The notes beneath the pieces are model-generated. The model had not been told where the DNA came from, made no database searches, and worked only from the letters and a program-made list of their open reading frames with translations. DNA of 64,000 nucleotides, from assembly GCA_964637955.1 (NCBI GenBank), contig CAZWXQ010000005.1, forward strand, positions 18,993 through 82,992, in the 5' to 3' direction. Both the position numbers and the translations under genes were made by a program. The stretch comes from an uncultured Gammaproteobacteria bacterium (GTDB lineage Bacteria > Patescibacteriota > Microgenomatia > Levybacterales > UBA12049). Within the stretch, counting starts at the first letter, position 1, and each line of letters opens with the position of its first letter. Shown here in pieces: positions 10,076-17,320 of this stretch.

Positions 10076-10080
10076 AAAAT

Positions 10081-10497
10081 ATGGCAAAATTAAATCCTTA
10101 TATGCATTTTAAAGATAATGCAAAAGAAGCTATGGAATTTTATAAATCTGTCTTAGGTGGAGAACTCACGATGACTACTTTTAGAGAAGGTATGCATGAT
10201 CAAAGCCCTACAGCTGACAATATAATGCATGCACAGCTAACTGTTGGCCCAGAAATGACGCTTATGGCTTCAGATACGCCTCCTGAAATGCAAGCAAATC
10301 CAGGTGCAAGCGTAACTATTTCTCTTAGCGGAGAGGAAAGTGATGAAGAAAAGCTAAAGGGATATTGGGAAGGTCTTTCAGAAGGTGGAACCGTAAATTA
10401 TCCTTTAGAAAAAGCTCCATGGGGAGATACATTTGGAATGCTTACCGATAAATTCGGAATGGAATGGATGGTAAACATCGCTGGTCCAAAGCAATAA
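10081..10497 (+). CDS. VOC family (PhnB-like) protein
   Basis: LNPYMHF..AKEAMEFYKSVLGG, IMHAQL, FGMLTDKFGMEWMVN motifs. The ATG lies 5 nt after the SD. Confidence 0.9.
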   Translation: MAKLNPYMHFKDNAKEAMEFYKSVLGGELTMTTFREGMHDQSPTADNIMHAQLTVGPEMTLMASDTPPEMQANPGASVTISLSGEESDEEKLKGYWEGLSEGGTVNYPLEKAPWGDTFGMLTDKFGMEWMVNIAGPKQ

Positions 10498-10519
10498 TTC
10501 ATTCGACCTAAAATCTCTT

Positions 10520-10545
10520 AAAAGCTCACGAAAGTGAGCTTTTTT
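10520..10545 (+). terminator. Intrinsic terminator
   Basis: aaaagctcac-gaaa-gtgagctttttt. Confidence 0.85.
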
Positions 10546-10601
10546 GATGAACTTAATTTGTAAATAAATATTAAGCGTGCTCCTTATGTTAAAATTCTAT
10601 T

Positions 10602-11009
10602 ATGCAAAGCACAGAAAATTTAACTAAAAAACAGCTTGCCGTACTTGAGGCTGCAAAAAAACATATTAAGGATACTTATAAGGAAGGCGTAACAAGCATG
10701 GTTACGATTCTAGCCACTAAATCTGGCATGCAATATACAGGTGCAAATGTTAAGTATAAAAAAATTTGGAAGTGTATTTGCTCAGAAAGAGTTGCAATTG
10801 CAAAAGCTATGGAAGCGAATGATAGTGAATTCGATACTATTACTACAATTAAATATTTTCCAGAAACTGATTCTTTTGAAGTAATAAACATGTGCGGTGA
10901 ATGTAGGCAAATCGCCATATGTCACAAACCTCTTACTGTTATCGCAGATGATGAAGGCAAGTTAAAAGCATTATCCATTGAAGATCTATTGCCATTCCCT
11001 TATTCATAA
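10602..11009 (+). CDS. Cytidine deaminase family protein
   Basis: YTGANV, CSERVAI and MCGECRQ zinc-binding motifs, and LSIEDLLPFPY. Confidence 0.8.
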   Translation: MQSTENLTKKQLAVLEAAKKHIKDTYKEGVTSMVTILATKSGMQYTGANVKYKKIWKCICSERVAIAKAMEANDSEFDTITTIKYFPETDSFEVINMCGECRQIAICHKPLTVIADDEGKLKALSIEDLLPFPYS

Positions 11010-11019
11010 GGCCATAAGA

Positions 11020-11054
11020 CCTATAGTGCAATTTATGAAATCATGATGTATAAT
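11020..11054 (+). promoter_or_regulatory. Promoter with the CCTATAGT element at the -35 position
   Basis: CCTATAGT 11020-11027, TATAAT 11049-11054, ATG 11062. Confidence 0.6.
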
Positions 11055-11061
11055 TCACTTT

Positions 11062-13212
11062 ATGAGTCCGGAAATAGCACTAGATATTGATAGATCAACT
11101 GAACTAAATCAAGTTCGTGATCTTGTAAATAAAAAGCTAACGGATGCTCTTGTACCACCTGAAAAACTTCTAAATGGTGATATAAGATTTCAATCAGTTC
11201 TTTACATGAGCTATTGGCACCAAAGACTTCACAATAATACACTAGAACAAAATAGAATTAAGACTCATTTGGAAGAATATTTGGGAACTGCAGTTCCTGA
11301 TTCAACTATAGCTGCAGGAAATTTGTTGTCTAGCCCTGATCTTTCAGAAGCATCCAAGTCGTTTGTTGAAACACTTATGACTCCAACCAAAACTGTGGAT
11401 CTAGTGATTACAAGACAAAGTCCAGATAATGAAAATGAAACGGAAGTATTAAGTCTTGAAAGAGGATATTATCCTTTTGGCTCTGCGCTTCCTGGAGGAA
11501 TAATAAAAGATAGCGATGAAAGTAATGATTTAGATATCCCTCAAAATGTTTTCGCTGCACTAAGGGTTGCTGGAGATAAAGTACTAGGCCTAGGTGATGA
11601 AGCACAGTACTCAATTAGAACAAATGAAAGTGGCAAAACTTATTATGAAGTCTATTCTGAAAACGATTCTGCATCAGTAAGAATTCATCCTGAAGACGAA
11701 GGTGGTTATACATACAGAGAAAATATTAAATCTACTATACGTCCTGCTGACCCAAGACACATAGTGGACACAGTAGCATTTCGATCTGAGCTAATAGGAG
11801 AGCCTAAGACTAATCTTAAGTGGATAAAGAAGTCTGAGATCATGTCAGTAAATGAAACTACTGGCGGATTTGCGTTTGGACACCATAGAGAAATTGTTGC
11901 TCATATCACAAGTCAATCGTCGGTCGAAAAAGAAAGAGAAATGAGCGAACGTGAATTTGTAAGATCAATCATAAATAATCCTCTCGATGCATATAAAGCT
12001 CTTAAAGAAAGATTTGATAAAGATGGTGGAAGCTCCGAAACTTCTTTTCCTGAACTATTTCCTGCTGTAGATAAAATACTTTTAGATTTATTCAAGCATG
12101 AAATCAATCAAATGTGTGAAGATATTCCTCTTCTTGCAGGAATTAGAGACAAAGCAGTAATTTCACTTAGACAAGTCTCTCTTAAAAATAGAACTTTTAT
12201 GCCATATCTACCTACACTTTTAGCTATCACTGAAGGAATTACTTTTTTTGATGTAGTTTCTAGACAAAAAAAAGGATTTTACGATGAAATGCCAAAAGAT
12301 AGAATAGTCGAACATAATCCAGCCGAAACTCAGTATGCTCAGTACCATATGTATAGATACAAATACAGATTTAATGAAATGCTAAGTATGCTTCCAGGAG
12401 AAATTGTAATTCCTACATTCGAACCTCTGTCTGCAACAGATTTGATGAAAGTCAGAGGAGTTCCGGTAAGATTTGTCGGACTTGAGGAAGATTTTGTTTA
12501 TGTTGATGAATTCGAGCAATCTCCCGAAGAATTCTTAATGCATGATGTCAATCATTCCTGGAGAATGATCATGGAAGACAGAAAATATATGGAGGAGAGC
12601 GGAATGAGTAGAGACCAATTTGTTGAAGAGTCAACAAGATTCTCCAAGGTATATTTAGATCATATAAAGATACTAAAGTCAGATACCGAAGAAGAAAGAG
12701 AAATTAAAAAATTAAAGAAGATAATCTTATTCGAAGTAGTACATGAAGATGCACGACCATTTTTGCGAGACGTAATCACTAGATTTATACAAATGCAGGA
12801 AGGTAAACCGGTTCCATTTGAAGTTCCAAGAATCGACAAGGAAACTGGTTACATGGATGTTGTTGATACTTTAGATACTGGAATAAGTACTCTTTCTTAT
12901 GTCAGAAATAAACTTCAACATGGATTTTATGATCATATTGATGCTCAGCTCCCTCAAATAGTTGATCCAAAATACAGAACTGCGGCATGGATTTCATGGG
13001 CAGCGTATGAAATGCTTGTTGAATTAGGAGCTGACCCTGTGCAAGAAGCAGAGTTAGATGCACATGGAAATGTTTCATTTGAGTGGCTCATGAAAAGAAC
13101 ATGTGCAGTCGGACCAGACAATATTCATGATGAAATATCAGAAGATCCTGACTTAGCAGTTTATGGCGATGGAGCAGATAAACTAAACCCTAAAAGATAT
13201 CAGGCAACTTGA
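11062..13212 (+). CDS. Degenerate Nudix (ADP-ribose pyrophosphatase-like) domain fused to an unknown HDxxH-containing domain
   Basis: TVDLVI...ERGYYPFGSALPGG...DPRH...FAFGHH form the Nudix scaffold. The C-terminal region has EEFLMHDVNH and EVVHED. Confidence 0.6.
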   Translation: MSPEIALDIDRSTELNQVRDLVNKKLTDALVPPEKLLNGDIRFQSVLYMSYWHQRLHNNTLEQNRIKTHLEEYLGTAVPDSTIAAGNLLSSPDLSEASKSFVETLMTPTKTVDLVITRQSPDNENETEVLSLERGYYPFGSALPGGIIKDSDESNDLDIPQNVFAALRVAGDKVLGLGDEAQYSIRTNESGKTYYEVYSENDSASVRIHPEDEGGYTYRENIKSTIRPADPRHIVDTVAFRSELIGEPKTNLKWIKKSEIMSVNETTGGFAFGHHREIVAHITSQSSVEKEREMSEREFVRSIINNPLDAYKALKERFDKDGGSSETSFPELFPAVDKILLDLFKHEINQMCEDIPLLAGIRDKAVISLRQVSLKNRTFMPYLPTLLAITEGITFFDVVSRQKKGFYDEMPKDRIVEHNPAETQYAQYHMYRYKYRFNEMLSMLPGEIVIPTFEPLSATDLMKVRGVPVRFVGLEEDFVYVDEFEQSPEEFLMHDVNHSWRMIMEDRKYMEESGMSRDQFVEESTRFSKVYLDHIKILKSDTEEEREIKKLKKIILFEVVHEDARPFLRDVITRFIQMQEGKPVPFEVPRIDKETGYMDVVDTLDTGISTLSYVRNKLQHGFYDHIDAQLPQIVDPKYRTAAWISWAAYEMLVELGADPVQEAELDAHGNVSFEWLMKRTCAVGPDNIHDEISEDPDLAVYGDGADKLNPKRYQAT

Positions 13213-13219
13213 TCGAGTA

Positions 13220-13930
13220 TTAGAGCTTTAATCCCTTCTCCCATTGCTTCTGGAATTGATCATACATCATTTGACCAAACGGCTCGTATTCAAATCTTAT
13301 TCCCATACTTTTTATATAATTCTTGGGATCATATGACATTATATAAACAATTTTTTTATCGAAAATTACAATTCTTGAATTAAGCGTTTCCGAGATACGA
13401 ATTTCTTCTCCCATCTTTGTTCTAACTTTTATAAATTCCTCATTATTTTCGTTTCTTTTTTGGAAAAGAGTTCTTATCTTAACTCCTCTGTCTAGAGCAT
13501 TTTTTTGGGCTAACATTATTTCAGCAGGGAGCTCATCTCCAGAGGCAAGATTATTCATTTCATATTTTAAATTATTAATATCAGAAATCGCTTTCTCAAA
13601 CATATCCTCCCGGCTTTCGATAAAACTGATTATTGGCATATTACTTTGATTATTCGAATTATTACTTAGAAAAGTTTTCAAAAACCACTCTTTTTGAATT
13701 AGGCTAAAAGTTTCTACTGAATCAGTGGGAGAAATTGCATGGAAAATAGTTGGCCTACTACCAGACTGAATTAAACAACCTAAAACTAATAATTGCTTTG
13801 TAAGTCTGTAAACAGCATTAGGAAAGATATTTAACTTTTTTCCAATTTCTTCTGCACTAAGCGGGCCTTCTTTAAGGAGTAAAGAATAAATTTCTCTTGT
13901 TTGCTTTGAAAGAGGTGGTTTTGTTTTCAC
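13220..13930 (-). CDS. TrmB-family transcriptional regulator
   Basis: N-terminal wHTH (EIYSLLLKEGPLSAEEIGKKL..VYR) and a PLD-like effector domain (RGVKIRTL, RIVIFDKK). Confidence 0.8.
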   Translation of the reverse strand: MKTKPPLSKQTREIYSLLLKEGPLSAEEIGKKLNIFPNAVYRLTKQLLVLGCLIQSGSRPTIFHAISPTDSVETFSLIQKEWFLKTFLSNNSNNQSNMPIISFIESREDMFEKAISDINNLKYEMNNLASGDELPAEIMLAQKNALDRGVKIRTLFQKRNENNEEFIKVRTKMGEEIRISETLNSRIVIFDKKIVYIMSYDPKNYIKSMGIRFEYEPFGQMMYDQFQKQWEKGLKL

Positions 13931-13991
13931 GGCAACATTTTAACAATTTTTTGTTAAATAAGCAATATCACTTACAATTTGCTTCGAGAAT

Positions 13992-15374
13992 ATGACAAAG
14001 CAATTACAAAGCAATGCATCAGAATTTTTATTTGCAAGAAAAAAACTTAAATCTCCTGCAATAATTAATTTACTGTTATCTACTTCATTTGGGCTAAATG
14101 CCATATTTTATGCTGCATGGCTAGGCTATTCAATTGGAATTTGGGCACTTTTGATTCAATTAGCATGGTCTATTAGTTTTTTTCTTTTAATTCCTAAATC
14201 AAAATATTTTAGTAAAGTTAATAGCTTGCATGATTTATTGGGTCAAAAATTTGATAATAAAACAAAATTAATAGCTTCAATTTGTAGTCTAATCGGACTA
14301 AATTACTTAATAGCTTGGGAAGTAAGCATAGATAAATCAGTAATAGCACCACTGCTTCCAAATACTTCATTACCTCCAGAGATCTTTGCAGGAATGATAA
14401 TTGGATTCTTTGTAATAGTTGCCATATTTTATACTATTAATTTTGGCATAAAAGGCAATGCAAATGCAGATAAATTCTTAAACGCGTTAAAAATGGTTAT
14501 CTTCATAGCTATTTGTTCAATTGCAATTTATGAATTTCTTAAATTACCACGAGAAATGATTATCTCATCGGTGTTTCCGCCAATTAGTAAGATCGTGATA
14601 AATCTAGGAATCATCGGATTTATGACAAATATCTTATTTAACTTAAGTTGGCAATTCGTAGACAATTCTTCATGGCAAAGTATCATAAGCGGATCGAAAT
14701 CAAAATCAAACGCTAGCGCAATAAACTTAAAGCAAAGTGGAATAATTATATTTTTTACAGTAAATTTATTTGCTACAATTCTTGGAATTACACTCGCACA
14801 TTTCAGTAATTTAACTCCTGACAGTTTATTCTCAGCAACTGCTGGAATCATACCTCAATTTGAAAGTATAGTTTCGCTAGGAATAATCATGCTCAGCATT
14901 GCCTCAATGATGTCACTTGCGGATGGAATGATTTTAACTTCAGCGCTTACCATAAATGTAGATCTTTTTAAGTATTTTAAATTTGCTAAAAATTACGACG
15001 AAAAGATAAAAATGAAATTTATAAAAATATCAGTAGTTATTTTTGGATTAATAAGCGTTTGGGGAATTAGCTTCATATTTAACATTCTCAATATTAATTT
15101 ATTTGAATTTATTTACATAATAATTATTACTCAACTTGCTTTAATTGGACCTGTTATTTTTGCTCTATATTCAAAAGATTCGAAAGGGGCGAATATGTGG
15201 AAAGCAATTATAATCGCCTTATTTGTAGGATTTGGGTCTGTACTAGTAGGAACAGTTTCTGAAAATAAAGTATTTATAGATGCTGCTGGAACAGTTACTA
15301 TTTTTAGTTCAGTATTTACCGCTTGGGTTATTGTAAAACTGAAATGTTTTAATTTAAAACTTAATCTAAGGTAG
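13992..15374 (+). CDS. Sodium:solute symporter-like membrane transporter
   Basis: About 13 TMs, with EFLFARK, SLHDLLGQKF, DNSSWQ and ASMMSLADG resembling SSS motifs. Divergent from the TrmB regulator. Confidence 0.65.
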   Translation: MTKQLQSNASEFLFARKKLKSPAIINLLLSTSFGLNAIFYAAWLGYSIGIWALLIQLAWSISFFLLIPKSKYFSKVNSLHDLLGQKFDNKTKLIASICSLIGLNYLIAWEVSIDKSVIAPLLPNTSLPPEIFAGMIIGFFVIVAIFYTINFGIKGNANADKFLNALKMVIFIAICSIAIYEFLKLPREMIISSVFPPISKIVINLGIIGFMTNILFNLSWQFVDNSSWQSIISGSKSKSNASAINLKQSGIIIFFTVNLFATILGITLAHFSNLTPDSLFSATAGIIPQFESIVSLGIIMLSIASMMSLADGMILTSALTINVDLFKYFKFAKNYDEKIKMKFIKISVVIFGLISVWGISFIFNILNINLFEFIYIIIITQLALIGPVIFALYSKDSKGANMWKAIIIALFVGFGSVLVGTVSENKVFIDAAGTVTIFSSVFTAWVIVKLKCFNLKLNLR

Positions 15375-15875
15375 CTGCTCAGGCTCTACTATTTTTGCAG
15401 AGGAAGCTATGACTTGAACTGGAATATGTTCGTAATTCATCCTTCCATCTTCCAACACAGTTAAAACATTTGAACCTTCTGGATAATCCATTGTAAATTT
15501 CACTCCACCTTCTACATAATCCACTCTTGATAAATCATGCATATCAATACCCATAGTTAACATTCTTCTGGATGAGTAATGAAGTGATGTTTTAGCAGGC
15601 AAACGGTCGTTTGCTTTTCTAACTTGAATATTAAATCTACCTGTTAAAGTATCTATAGCATAATCACTGAAAATATGACGATTAGTACCATATTGCTCCG
15701 TCTCAGCAACTCCATTAAGCGCTGTTGCGATCTTTAATACGTCGTCTTTAACCAACTCTAAATCATTTAAAGGAGGAAAAGCTTCATCAAAATTAACTAC
15801 TCCAAGATCTACTATTACGACATTGGCTGGGTCAGTTGGTTTTCCATCTGAAACTGGTTCTAGTTCTGAAGTCAT
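15366..15875 (-). CDS. Hypothetical acidic protein
   Basis: 169-aa ORF with TATAAT 7 nt upstream of the ATG on the minus strand. Confidence 0.65.
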   Translation of the reverse strand: MTSELEPVSDGKPTDPANVVIVDLGVVNFDEAFPPLNDLELVKDDVLKIATALNGVAETEQYGTNRHIFSDYAIDTLTGRFNIQVRKANDRLPAKTSLHYSSRRMLTMGIDMHDLSRVDYVEGGVKFTMDYPEGSNVLTVLEDGRMNYEHIPVQVIASSAKIVEPEQLP

Positions 15876-15986
15876 GGCTGGAATTATAACCTATGCAAAA
15901 CTAATTTTCAATTTAATGTTGAGCCCGTACTTTTGAAATAATTACATAAACTTATTTGCTCAGTTGTAGTATAATGCACAGCAAAT

Positions 15987-17039
15987 ATGCCTAGAGAAGA
16001 AAAATTAACGCCAGAACCTGGCTTACTAGAGAAATTATCACCACTTCGTGCTGAAATTAGCGCGTTATCAGATAATCCTCAAGCTCAATCTGAATTAGTA
16101 CAAACTTGGTTTTTAGAGCATCCAGAAAATCTAGCTAGAGATGTGGAAGATTTAACTATGATCTGCGTTCTAGAATATGACGAAAGAAAACTTCTTACAG
16201 ATCCTATTCTTGGAAACTGGTTAATGGGACAAATTGATAAGCTTACTCCAGAATCACCTACACAAGCAGAAGCATTAGCTAAAACGAAAGAAATATTTGG
16301 TCTTTTAAGATTTCATGATTCTCGATTTGGAAATGAAACAGGTAACAAAATTGCTGAAAATAATCTTTATGATGAGCTCAATGCATTACTTATTTCCGAT
16401 CCCGATACAGTTAAATATACAGTTGGCGAAGTAAGAAAAATAATGATGAATGCTCAAGATGGAGTTATGGAGCATGTACTAAGTGGCCGCTACAAAACCG
16501 GCCTAGAACATGGAATATTAGGACCTATGGATATTTTTTGGTATGGAACTACGTTAAATTTTGAAATAGAATCCCAATTTCATGAAGTAGAGCCAATGGA
16601 CGCCAGAATTTTGGTTTTAGACGACAAGGACGCTGAAGACTGGTATAAAAGACTCGTTGCTGCCGGCTTTAAGGATGATCCAGATCAACAAGGACATTTT
16701 ACTGATCCGTCCTTAGCATTAGTAGCTCTTTTAAATGGAAATTATGATGTTATTTTATCTGATTTAGATTTAGGGGAAGGACAAATGTCTGGAATAGACT
16801 TCGCTAGAATTGCATCTGCAATTCAGCGAGCAAAAGGTATTAAAGATCCTCTAATTTCAGTTTTTTCTTATGATCAGGCTCTTTTAGAAGAAGCCAATAG
16901 AACAATTGGTAGATATAGCGACAATCCTGTCTTATTCCAGCAAGTTAACGGTGGAAATAATAATAAAGTGGGTTTTACAGGATATGAATTTGGAAGAGAT
17001 GTTCGGACTGAACTATACGTCAGAGAAAATTTCCATTGA
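15987..17039 (+). CDS. Hypothetical protein with a C-terminal response-regulator receiver-like domain
   Basis: RILVLDD...YDVILSDLDLGEGQMSGIDFAR...ISVFS receiver pattern. Confidence 0.6.
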   Translation: MPREEKLTPEPGLLEKLSPLRAEISALSDNPQAQSELVQTWFLEHPENLARDVEDLTMICVLEYDERKLLTDPILGNWLMGQIDKLTPESPTQAEALAKTKEIFGLLRFHDSRFGNETGNKIAENNLYDELNALLISDPDTVKYTVGEVRKIMMNAQDGVMEHVLSGRYKTGLEHGILGPMDIFWYGTTLNFEIESQFHEVEPMDARILVLDDKDAEDWYKRLVAAGFKDDPDQQGHFTDPSLALVALLNGNYDVILSDLDLGEGQMSGIDFARIASAIQRAKGIKDPLISVFSYDQALLEEANRTIGRYSDNPVLFQQVNGGNNNKVGFTGYEFGRDVRTELYVRENFH

Positions 17040-17168
17040 GCCGCCAGTACTTGCGACAGGAAATGTCGCAGTATTTCGCATTGCGATGCTCAAGATTCAG
17101 GAAGCTCTAGCGAGGTCATCTACGAAAAACCCAGACATAAGTCTGGGATTTTCATAGTGAGCCGCCAG
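17037..17168. repeat. 11-bp direct repeat of the tRNA-Lys 3' end flanking a ~110-bp hairpin-rich segment
   Basis: tgagccgccag occurs at 17037-17047 and 17158-17168. Confidence 0.6.
17125..17147 (-). terminator. Intrinsic terminator after tRNA-Lys
   Basis: Minus strand reads cccagac-ttat-gtctggg-ttttt. Confidence 0.75.
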
Positions 17169-17229
17169 AGATTCGAACTCTGAACCGATTCCTTAAGAGG
17201 GAATTGCTCTACCATTGAGCTAGCGGCCC
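17158..17229 (-). tRNA. tRNA-Lys(CUU)
   Basis: GGGCCGC/GCGGCTC acceptor stem, anticodon arm ATTCC-CTCTTAA-GGAAT, and GTTCGAATC T-loop. CCA is not encoded. Confidence 0.95.
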
Positions 17230-17320
17230 GCACATGTAATTTTACCAAAACTACAAGCTGGAATCCACTACGCATTAATTGACTCTCAAGCTTAAGTAAG
17301 TTATACTACAGGTTTAAATT

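Noticed and set aside
10072-10080. GTG start for the VOC gene
   Set aside because: The GTG is part of the SD (GGAGGTG). The ATG at 10081 has the proper spacing.
15919-15930. tgagcccgtac as a third att copy of the tRNA-Lys end
   Set aside because: The match is only 6 bp, consistent with chance.
16906-17157. 83-aa ORF next to tRNA-Lys
   Set aside because: It overlaps the 15987 gene and runs through terminator hairpins, and it has no credible start.
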